32,000 nt of DNA, from the NCBI GenBank assembly GCA_026016245.1, contig CP061211.1:300001-332000 (forward strand), read 5' to 3'. Position numbers and translations under genes: made by a program. Source of the DNA: Candidatus Pacearchaeota archaeon. Lineage in GTDB: Archaea > Nanobdellota > Nanobdellia > Pacearchaeales > UBA284. The notes under the pieces were generated by a model, which worked only from the letters and a program-made list of their open reading frames with translations, searched no databases and was not told the DNA's origin. This document shows, piece after piece, positions 9,349 through 16,081 of the stretch (within the stretch, counting starts at the first letter, position 1; every line of letters begins with the position of its first letter).

Positions 9349-9798
9349 TTACAATATCCTTCTTTCTTTTGGGACAAAATTAAGTATCTTCTTGCCAGTA
9401 GATTTACCGCAACCCAGGATATTAGAATCATATCTGAGAAGAATATAGCCTCTAATTCCTATATCTTTGTCTAAATCCTGGCCTTTAAGCCATTTCCTAG
9501 CTTCAATATCACTCAGATCAATAATATTCTTAGCTGCTTTTCCAAAAATAGTGGTAGAATCAAAACTTAATCTCAGTTTCTGATCTTTAAAAAATGCAAA
9601 ATACATGCCAATAATATCTATAGTAAGAAGCTTATTCATAATTCTTAAATCCTGCGCAGGTAGATTCCCTGTAAAAATCCTTATCTTATCTTTGCCTGCC
9701 TTGATTAGATGATATTTGAATGGAATCTTGATGCCATAATTCTTCTCAAGCAGATTTTCTATCTCAATTCTTTTGTTTCTTTTTAATATCTCTAACAT
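9349..9798 (-). CDS. NIP7-like PUA-domain RNA-binding protein (tentative)
   Basis: About 150 aa. The C-terminal GYILLRYDSNILGCGKSTGKKILNFVPKERR resembles a PUA domain end. Start chosen at MLEILK (9798). Confidence 0.4.
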   Translation of the reverse strand: MLEILKRNKRIEIENLLEKNYGIKIPFKYHLIKAGKDKIRIFTGNLPAQDLRIMNKLLTIDIIGMYFAFFKDQKLRLSFDSTTIFGKAAKNIIDLSDIEARKWLKGQDLDKDIGIRGYILLRYDSNILGCGKSTGKKILNFVPKERRIL

Positions 9799-10454
9799 TT
9801 TCTTTTCATTTTTATAATTTTTTCTTTTCTTCTGTTTAATATAAACCAATATATCATATCCATCAATCTGATATCTGATAATTCTTTTATTCTAAAAAAT
9901 TCAGATTCCTTGTCAGATAAAACTTCTTTAATTAATTTAATCTTTTCCTTATTTTTTGAAATAAATATCAAATATCCATTTCTGATTATTTTTTCACACC
10001 ACAAATGATGGTCAGAGTTAAAATTTTTTAATTTAAAATGATTTCTTATAGGGTTATCTAATGGTATAAATTCATTTGGTAAAAAAGTATGAAAAAGTTT
10101 ACAACAAAATGATTTATTCCTCCTTCCAGATTTGTCAATTCCAAATTTTTTATAGAATAAATAAATATTTTTTTTATTTAATATTTCCTTTTTTAATAAT
10201 TTATAATTTTTATCAAGATAGTCTATATGACTTTTTCTTAAATGTAATGCCCATTTATTACTAAACATACCAAAATTAATTTTTTCTTTGTCTAATACTG
10301 TTTTATTATAATATTTAACAAAATCTATTGATCTTTTATCTTTAAAATACTCTCTAAATAATTTAATTAGTTTTTCTTTATCATATTCTTTAAAATCCTC
10401 TTCAATTATCTTACTCACTTGCATAGAATATATCTTATTTCCTTTTTCTTTCAT
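9792..10454 (-). CDS. Hypothetical protein (220 aa), very K/N/I-rich
   Basis: Intact ORF with 4-nt overlaps to its neighbours (operon-like). Confidence 0.45.
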   Translation of the reverse strand: MKEKGNKIYSMQVSKIIEEDFKEYDKEKLIKLFREYFKDKRSIDFVKYYNKTVLDKEKINFGMFSNKWALHLRKSHIDYLDKNYKLLKKEILNKKNIYLFYKKFGIDKSGRRNKSFCCKLFHTFLPNEFIPLDNPIRNHFKLKNFNSDHHLWCEKIIRNGYLIFISKNKEKIKLIKEVLSDKESEFFRIKELSDIRLMDMIYWFILNRRKEKIIKMKRKC

Positions 10455-11086
10455 TTTGTTTTTTCTAGAACCATTATAGTGTTTTTTATTTTATTTTTTT
10501 CTTTTGTTACAATGTCATCCATTTGAACTTTTGTTTGTTTTATTAAGATTTTAAAATTAGCTTTCCTAAATTCAGATTTGGTGAATATTGTTCCTTTATC
10601 ATCCTGCAATATTAGTTTGCCTTTTTTCTTTAGTAGAAGATTAAGATTTTTTAGGATGAGATTTTTATTCTGGAATTTGTTATATTTTCTTTGGTATTCT
10701 TTTGAAAAAATTAATCTCGCAATTATCACATCAAAATTATTTTTATATTCCTTTATTAAATCTTGTGGTATCTTTTCAATATCGACTTTTATTAATTTAA
10801 TTCCTTTAATTTTTATTGGTTTAATAATATCAATACCATAAACTAGAGTTTTTTTAGATTTAAGAAATTTTAAGAAATAAGGTCTTCCATAACCAATCTC
10901 TAAAATTTTTTTATTTTTTAGGATTTTTAGATATTTTTTTAACATATAATAAAGAGGATTATAAAATTGTAAATATCCAAGAGGAGTTTCAGAATTTAAT
11001 TCACGTTTATATTTAGAAATTATTTTTGATGAAGCATGTTTCAATTCTAAAAAACATTTCTTATATAAATTATTATACATTTTCAT
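10451..11086 (-). CDS. Class I SAM-dependent methyltransferase (tentative)
   Basis: Motif I-like KILEIGYGRPYF followed by VYGIDI (motif II-like acidic residue). Confidence 0.5.
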   Translation of the reverse strand: MKMYNNLYKKCFLELKHASSKIISKYKRELNSETPLGYLQFYNPLYYMLKKYLKILKNKKILEIGYGRPYFLKFLKSKKTLVYGIDIIKPIKIKGIKLIKVDIEKIPQDLIKEYKNNFDVIIARLIFSKEYQRKYNKFQNKNLILKNLNLLLKKKGKLILQDDKGTIFTKSEFRKANFKILIKQTKVQMDDIVTKEKNKIKNTIMVLEKTK

Positions 11087-12018
11087 CTTATCTTCCTCAA
11101 CTTAGCTATAAAAAATCCTTCTGTGTTATTATCTTGGGGCCATATTCTATGACAATTTTTTACTTGCTCATTAAAAGTCTGGCCTTGCCATTTCACAATA
11201 CCTGGCCTTGTCTTTAATGGCAGCTTGATTTTTTCAACTCTAACATTAAAATTTTTCAGGGCAAAGTCTATTACTGATTCATTTTCTTCTGGAGTAAGAG
11301 TACAAGTGCTGTACACAAGAGTGCCTTGGGGTTTTAGACATTCTATTGCAGATGAGATAAGTTTCTTTTGAAGTGCTGAGAGTCTTTTAATCATGTTTAT
11401 ATTCCACATTTTCAGTATTGTTGAATCACCTCTTATTGTTCCTTCACCAGAACATGGAGCATCAACAAGAATTTTATCAAAAAAGAATCCTGATTTAGCT
11501 AGTTTTTTACATATTGTGAGAGCATTCATTCTTGTAACTATAGTATTCATAACCCCACATCTTTCTAAATTTGATACTAGGGCTTTAAGCCTGTCTATTT
11601 TAACATCATTTGCTATTATTGTTCCTTGGTTTTTCATCATCATAGCTATTTGTGTTGTTTTTGATCCAGGAGCAGCGCAACAATCAAGTATAATTTCTCC
11701 TGCTTTTGGTTCAAGAATAAGAGGGGGCATCATGCTAGCAAGTTCCTGAATGTAATAATAGCCAAGATGGTGTTCTAAAGCCTTGCCTAATTGTCCTGGC
11801 AATAGTTTTGATTTGATTTCTAAAGCATCTCTATATGCTGTATTTTGAATTTCCCATCCTTTATTTTTTAATTTTTCTATTAAATCTTGTCTAGAGATTT
11901 TAAGCAGATTAACACGGATTATTTTTTTAAGTAGTTTTTTCGTATAATCAAAAAAAATATTTGATTCTTCTCCAAGCAGAGCATTAATTCTCTCAACAAA
12001 AAGTTTTTTGGGCTCCAT
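11083..12018 (-). CDS. NOL1/NOP2/Sun (RsmB/RsmF/Trm4-like) RNA cytosine-C5 methyltransferase
   Basis: ILDCCAAPGSKTTQIA (SAM motif), ILVDAPCSGEGTIR (PC motif) and LVYSTCTLTPEENE (TC motif). Start moved to MEPKK (12018) to avoid overlapping the upstream gene. Confidence 0.85.
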   Translation of the reverse strand: MEPKKLFVERINALLGEESNIFFDYTKKLLKKIIRVNLLKISRQDLIEKLKNKGWEIQNTAYRDALEIKSKLLPGQLGKALEHHLGYYYIQELASMMPPLILEPKAGEIILDCCAAPGSKTTQIAMMMKNQGTIIANDVKIDRLKALVSNLERCGVMNTIVTRMNALTICKKLAKSGFFFDKILVDAPCSGEGTIRGDSTILKMWNINMIKRLSALQKKLISSAIECLKPQGTLVYSTCTLTPEENESVIDFALKNFNVRVEKIKLPLKTRPGIVKWQGQTFNEQVKNCHRIWPQDNNTEGFFIAKLRKIR

Positions 12019-12019
12019 A

Positions 12020-12358
12020 TTATTTAAAAATATATATTTTAAAAAAATTCTTAATTCCTTTGAATATATTTCCTGTGAAAGCTGTTTTGAACATTCCAAT
12101 AGGGTCTCTAAGACCACAATAAAAAGTTGCCCTTGTCTCTGCTCCAAGTGTTCCTCCCCATTTTCCTTTGTCTTTTACATGATAGATTTCATGAGCTAAA
12201 ACATATCTTTTAACAGAAGGACTACGAGATTTATTTATTTTAATTATTCTTTTTTTTGTATCCACCAAGCCAGATATAGAACAACCCTTGTGTTTTATAG
12301 AATTTAAATATAATAACTTATAAGTTTTCCCATCAATTTTTATTTGCTTTGCTTTCAT
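12020..12358 (-). CDS. Small HExxH protein (putative metallopeptidase-like), 112 aa
   Basis: AHEIYHV motif; intact ORF adjacent to the methyltransferase. Confidence 0.45.
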   Translation of the reverse strand: MKAKQIKIDGKTYKLLYLNSIKHKGCSISGLVDTKKRIIKINKSRSPSVKRYVLAHEIYHVKDKGKWGGTLGAETRATFYCGLRDPIGMFKTAFTGNIFKGIKNFFKIYIFK

Positions 12359-12371
12359 TTTTCATTCTTTT

Positions 12372-12611
12372 TTATTCTTTCTTAATTTTTTGTTTTCTTT
12401 TCATCTCATTCAAGTCAATTTCAGGAAAAGCATGACTTCTATAGCCACAATTTTTGCATCTATAAACAGTTGGCAAGCCAAGAGCTGTTAAACCACTTAA
12501 GCCTCCCTGATGGCTTATTTGGATATCAATGCTATGACATCTAGGACAGATCTTTACATAATGAGGCTTGATCTCTTTTTCTTTCTTTTTTTTCTTTTTA
12601 AAAGGCCACAT
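12372..12611 (-). CDS. Small zinc-ribbon protein (79 aa)
   Basis: CPRCHS...CKNCGY, with lysine-rich termini. Confidence 0.5.
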   Translation of the reverse strand: MWPFKKKKKKEKEIKPHYVKICPRCHSIDIQISHQGGLSGLTALGLPTVYRCKNCGYRSHAFPEIDLNEMKRKQKIKKE

Positions 12612-12661
12612 GAAAGTATAAGATAAGAGAGATTTAATAACTTTTTTACTTAATGTTTCAG

Positions 12662-12729
12662 AACATAATAAATTTTAAATAACCTTGTTGTTTTGAATTA
12701 TCGACGAAAACAAGAAAAAATTCCTGTTA
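12662..12729 (+). repeat. attC-like structured site A (short form, left boundary of the array)
   Basis: AACAT 12662-12666 and CTGTTA 12724-12729. 12664-12708 is identical to 21052-21096 in site H. Followed by the conserved double hairpin 12730-12774. Confidence 0.65.
12664..12708 (+). repeat. 45-bp perfect direct repeat, copy 1 (left half of site A)
   Basis: CATAATAAATTTTAAATAACCTTGTTGTTTTGAATTATCGACGAA, identical to 21052-21096; contains a TTTTAAATA TATA-like box. Confidence 0.9.
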
Positions 12730-12847
12730 AATACTTTTACCCTACGTAGTGGGGTAAAATTGCGTCCGCAAAGTTAAATTTCCATTTCTATCAATCCTGC
12801 CAAAGGCAGACTAAATGTCCGAAGGACTAAGAGGCAAGAACCCTTAA

Positions 12848-13195
12848 TTATTGTTTAGTACCAATAATTATTTCTGTTGCTTCTGGATTAATTGTTTGAC
12901 CAATTACAGGTTTATTATAGACTGCTTGATCAACACCACTTACTTTCCAACCTTCAGATTCAAGATACTCTTTTATTTGATCGGCAAATTGAAAAGCTTC
13001 CCCATCACCCATTACTGCAGTAATCCTAATTTCTCTATTTTTATTAATTTGAAGTACTTGGTCTAATCGTGTCTTTAGCTCGGGAGTTAGAGTTCTTGGT
13101 TGATTGCCTATGTTAACTTGATTTGCAGTTATTCCACCACTTTGATCATAGCTAGTTACATGAATATTCTTTTCATCTTTATTTTCTTTTTCCAT
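12848..13195 (-). CDS. Hypothetical protein (cassette 1)
   Basis: Start chosen at MEKENK (13195). The N-terminal SYDQSGGITANQVNIGN motif is shared with the upstream small ORF. Confidence 0.5.
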   Translation of the reverse strand: MEKENKDEKNIHVTSYDQSGGITANQVNIGNQPRTLTPELKTRLDQVLQINKNREIRITAVMGDGEAFQFADQIKEYLESEGWKVSGVDQAVYNKPVIGQTINPEATEIIIGTKQ

Positions 13196-13197
13196 TG

Positions 13198-13401
13198 TTA
13201 CACCCCAATACCCCAAATTATTAGACCAGCAATTATTGCCACAGCTAAAGGAATTAAAAAATATTTAAACCAAGGATTTTTCCATAATCTTTGCCTTTTT
13301 GGACTCTGGTCTGCTTCTTGTGATGATTTGTGGCTATTTATATTTACTTTATTTGCAGTTATACCTCCTTTCTGATCATGACTTTCTATTTTTACCATCA
13401 T
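13198..13401 (-). CDS. Small C-terminally membrane-anchored protein (cassette 1)
   Basis: SHDQKGGITANKVNINS motif plus the C-terminal hydrophobic helix FLIPLAVAIIAGLIIWGIGV. Confidence 0.45.
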   Translation of the reverse strand: MMVKIESHDQKGGITANKVNINSHKSSQEADQSPKRQRLWKNPWFKYFLIPLAVAIIAGLIIWGIGV

Positions 13402-13502
13402 AATTACATGGAATAACTTTAAACTTAAATAACTATCGATGATGTTACTGAAAGGGTTCTCGCCTCTTTTTTATTCTAAGAAATGGAAATTTTATTGGAC
13501 TT

Positions 13503-13634
13503 AACATATGCGATTAAGAGAAGTCCGAAGCCCTCGAAAAAATTTCCCTCGTGAAATAGAGCTGGAAATTTTTTCAGAGATGGCGAGGATTTGGGAAAAT
13601 TCTGCAAGAAAGCGAAACCGTTAAATCGCTGTTA
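13503..13634 (+). repeat. attC-like structured site B
   Basis: cTTAACA[TAT]GCGATTAAGAGAAGT ... CGTTAAATCGC-TGTTAT. Internal perfect 12-bp stem GAAAAAATTTCC/GGAAATTTTTTC. ATTTGGGA at 13589-13596 and CTGTTA at 13629-13634. Confidence 0.7.
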
Positions 13635-13687
13635 TATCCCCCGCTAGGGTCCGAGCGAAAGCGAGGAAGTCGACCTCGGCGAGCCAT

Positions 13688-14128
13688 TTATAACTTAAAC
13701 TTATAGACTCTCAAAACTCCTTTTGTATAATCAGTAAACATTATCTCTTTTAATTCTATTTTCAAAACAGTGTCAACAAGCTCTGGTTCATGATGAGATA
13801 AATCTCTCTTTTTAGAATAAAATTCTTTAGCTTGTTTTGCTTCTGTTCCGCTCAAAATTTCGGCGATCCCTTCTGCCTGTAAACAAGCTCTTTCTTTTTT
13901 TCCTTGATCATCAATAGCTACACTTACATTTGGATTTATTTTAATATTCTTAACTTTAATACTTTTTCCAGAAGTTACAACATATAATGTAAAACCATCA
14001 ACTATATAGTTTACTGTTGAAGCTCTAGATTCATTCTCAGAACAGGTCGCAATAACACAAACATTCTTGTTTTCAATAAATTGTTTTATTTTTTGTTTCA
14101 TAAATTCGTTTGTTTCTGTCATAATCAT
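13688..14128 (-). CDS. Pyridoxamine 5'-phosphate oxidase-like FMN-binding split-barrel protein (cassette 2)
   Basis: About 146 aa. The pattern VCVIATCSENESRASTVNY..DGFTLYVVTSGKSIKVKNIKINPNVSVAIDD is typical of the PNPOx-like / general stress protein 26 family. Confidence 0.6.
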   Translation of the reverse strand: MIMTETNEFMKQKIKQFIENKNVCVIATCSENESRASTVNYIVDGFTLYVVTSGKSIKVKNIKINPNVSVAIDDQGKKERACLQAEGIAEILSGTEAKQAKEFYSKKRDLSHHEPELVDTVLKIELKEIMFTDYTKGVLRVYKFKL

Positions 14129-14188
14129 AAGTTAAATCAAAACATTTAATAAACTTTTTCTTTCTGCGAGCCGACGCCGATTAAATAT

Positions 14189-14247
14189 AACATCAGGATT
14201 ATGAGAAGTGCAACGTTCCGTAGCGAAGCGAAGGAAAAATTCAAAGT
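14189..14247 (+). repeat. Truncated site C (left arm only, no CTGTTA right arm)
   Basis: TATAACATCAGGATTATGAGAAGT then GTGCAACGTTCCG..., running straight into the outer repeat of the next unit at 14248. The GTGCAACGTTCCG segment is shared with the region downstream of site G (20346-20358). Confidence 0.6.
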
Positions 14248-14340
14248 AATTTCAGGGGCGTTCTATCAAGCGAACACAGTGAGCAATCAAGAACAAGTAT
14301 TAAGGGGGTAATTTTAGTTTGACATTAGTGAGGGGGGCAA

Positions 14341-14769
14341 TTAAGTAAAACCAACATATCCAGAACTATCTTTAATAATTTCGTGTGGAAATTTTTCTTT
14401 TAATACCTTATATGTCCAATCAAATGCAAAAGAAATTAATTCGGACAATCTATACTTCTCTTCAAGTTTTTGATGCCGACTAAAATCATCTTTATGGAAG
14501 TGTAAATATCCAACAGATTCGTTATCAACTCTAAACCAGGGTTCTTGTCCGTTCTTCCAGAAATTTAAACTGAACACAATCTCATTTGTTTTTACAATAG
14601 AATGATTTGAAAGAGGTTTTTTTGCAAAATTATTTATTCGCACACTGACAGAGTGATTATTTCCTAGATCAAATTTTTTCTGTACTTGAGAATTTTGTCT
14701 CATTCCAGAAGCATCAATCCAAGCATACAAAAAACTCTCAACACCCCAAATATCTAGTGAAGAACCCAT
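14341..14769 (-). CDS. Hypothetical protein (cassette 3, distal gene)
   Basis: Intact 142-aa ORF, 4 nt downstream of the nuclease-like gene. Confidence 0.5.
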   Translation of the reverse strand: MGSSLDIWGVESFLYAWIDASGMRQNSQVQKKFDLGNNHSVSVRINNFAKKPLSNHSIVKTNEIVFSLNFWKNGQEPWFRVDNESVGYLHFHKDDFSRHQKLEEKYRLSELISFAFDWTYKVLKEKFPHEIIKDSSGYVGFT

Positions 14770-14773
14770 CTTA

Positions 14774-15688
14774 TCACTTGTTATAATTATAAGATTGTTT
14801 TATCAATTCAAATAATTTTATTAATTCTTCTTTATTTTTTATCAAAACCTCATAATCTCCATTTCCCCAGTGCCCTACTATTTTTGGCTTGGTTAAATCT
14901 CTAGCTATTCCGAAAGAATCATTTAATTTTCCGCTTGGAACATTCAAAAATGCTTTTATTGCATTTTTTTGAATTACAATATCAACAAAGTTTGTCGTCA
15001 ATTTGTAGGCAATATACTTTGCTTTTGCTTCTTCAATAATAGAATCGTCTAAACTTGTTATCATTTCCTTCAATTGCATAAACAATTCTTTTATTTCTTT
15101 GGAAGCAACCTGCAAATGAGTTTCAAGAGTATAATTTTTCTGTAATTTTGTTAGTATTTCTTTCTCTCTTTTTCCTTTCTTAAAAATTTTGGTTGTGCTA
15201 ATTCTTATGGCTTTTTGAGATTCTGATTCTACAAACAGAATGTCATCTTCATAAATTCTGTATTTTAAAAGTTCTATTTTTATCGGCAAAATTTCTACTG
15301 TATCCAAGTCAAATTTATTATAGCTCTCTGCTACGCAGATAACTCTTGGGGAAGTCCAATCAATCTTAATATCTATCTTCTTATTTCTGCATAGAATCTC
15401 AAAATCAGCTTTATGGTCTAAAAGCCATCTCAAATAAGATAAACTCTGATTTATAACATTATCATTTTGATTTCTTTTGTATTCAATAATTACAGGAGAA
15501 CCGATTTTATCAATTCCAAGAGTGTCGATTCTTCCGCCAAAACTCGTGCTGTATTCTGTTGCGAGAAAATCAACATTTAAGATAGTAAAAAGATTTTGCT
15601 CAAAAAGTGTTTGTATATTTTTTTCTTTCTCTAAATCAATAGTTGATAATTTAGTCACATTTGAATTTTTTATCTTGAATAAAGCCAT
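14774..15688 (-). CDS. PD-(D/E)xK (NucS/DUF91-like) N-terminal nuclease fold plus DUF5655-like C-terminal domain protein (cassette 3)
   Basis: GGRIDTLGIDKIGSPVIIEYKRNQ fits a D...E-x-K nuclease core. The C-terminal half resembles the DUF5655 arrangement often fused to it. By-eye call only. Confidence 0.5.
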   Translation of the reverse strand: MALFKIKNSNVTKLSTIDLEKEKNIQTLFEQNLFTILNVDFLATEYSTSFGGRIDTLGIDKIGSPVIIEYKRNQNDNVINQSLSYLRWLLDHKADFEILCRNKKIDIKIDWTSPRVICVAESYNKFDLDTVEILPIKIELLKYRIYEDDILFVESESQKAIRISTTKIFKKGKREKEILTKLQKNYTLETHLQVASKEIKELFMQLKEMITSLDDSIIEEAKAKYIAYKLTTNFVDIVIQKNAIKAFLNVPSGKLNDSFGIARDLTKPKIVGHWGNGDYEVLIKNKEELIKLFELIKQSYNYNK

Positions 15689-15797
15689 ATTATTAGTAAG
15701 ATATTAACATATTTATAAATCATTCTTTTTCGTTCGCCCCCACCAATCGTTTTCGTTAAAATTGCCCCCTTCCTTAGCCCCTGAAATTATTGAATAG

Positions 15798-15902
15798 AAC
15801 ATCGGAATTTAACGAAGTCGCCGAAGGCGATTTGGGAGAGGAACGAATTTTGCTTGGCAAAATAGCCGAAGGCGGTCGTTTCGAACCGTTAAATTCCTGT
15901 TA
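15798..15902 (+). repeat. attC-like structured site D
   Basis: AGAACA[TC]GGAATTTAACGAAGT - TCGCC GAAG GCGA - TTTGGGAGAG - branched hairpin - CGTTAAATTCC-TGTTAG. The right ~80 nt are near-identical to site K. Confidence 0.75.
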
Positions 15903-16050
15903 GTTTCTTTTCCCATACGTAGTGTGGGAAAATTGCGTCCGCAAAGTCGGGAGAAAGGGCGTTCTATCAAATAAGCGAATGCGATACATCGAGAACAAGA
16001 ATCAAGGGGACAACTTTGTTATTTGTAGGAGTTCCTTTATAAATCAATAA

Positions 16051-16060
16051 TTATATAAAT
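16051..16060 (+). promoter_or_regulatory. TATA-like box for the Mrr-like gene
   Basis: TTATATAAAT ends 22 nt upstream of ATG 16082, consistent with an archaeal leaderless or short-leader promoter. Confidence 0.4.
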
Positions 16061-16081
16061 ATTGAATATTAATCTCATATT

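Larger units (their letters stand above)
12776..13492. repeat. Gene-bracketing inverted repeats of cassette 1
   Basis: Outer pair AAATTTCCATTTCT (12776-12789) / AGAAATGGAAATTT (13479-13492), 14/14. Inner pair AAGAGGCAAGAACCC (12829-12843) / GGGTTCTCGCCTCTT (13454-13468), 14/15. Confidence 0.85.
14248..15788. repeat. Gene-bracketing inverted repeats of cassette 3
   Basis: Outer pair AATTTCAGGGGC (14248-14259) / GCCCCTGAAATT (15777-15788), 12/12. Inner pair AAGGGGGTAATTTTA...GGGGGGCAA (14302-14340) / GCCCCC...TAAAATTGCCCCCTT (15736-15771). Confidence 0.85.

Noticed and set aside
11083-12147. The long version of the NOL1/NOP2/Sun ORF (start 12147) and ORF 12008-12199
   Set aside because: The extension overlaps the upstream HExxH gene by 128 nt. 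ATG 12018 lies 1 nt from that gene's stop and precedes the conserved domain.
12730-12774. GC-rich hairpins in the array as tRNA or other known small RNA genes
   Set aside because: No cloverleaf arrangement, no acceptor/T-arm consensus (GTTCRANYC) and no anticodon-loop geometry are present. The elements are explained by the site and flank architecture. No rRNA-like sequence occurs anywhere in the window.
12848-13401. Cassette 1 as a single frameshifted pseudogene
   Set aside because: Both parts have their own Met and their own copy of the SxDQxGGITANxVNI motif, so two genes are more parsimonious. This is kept as a low-interest finding to be checked.
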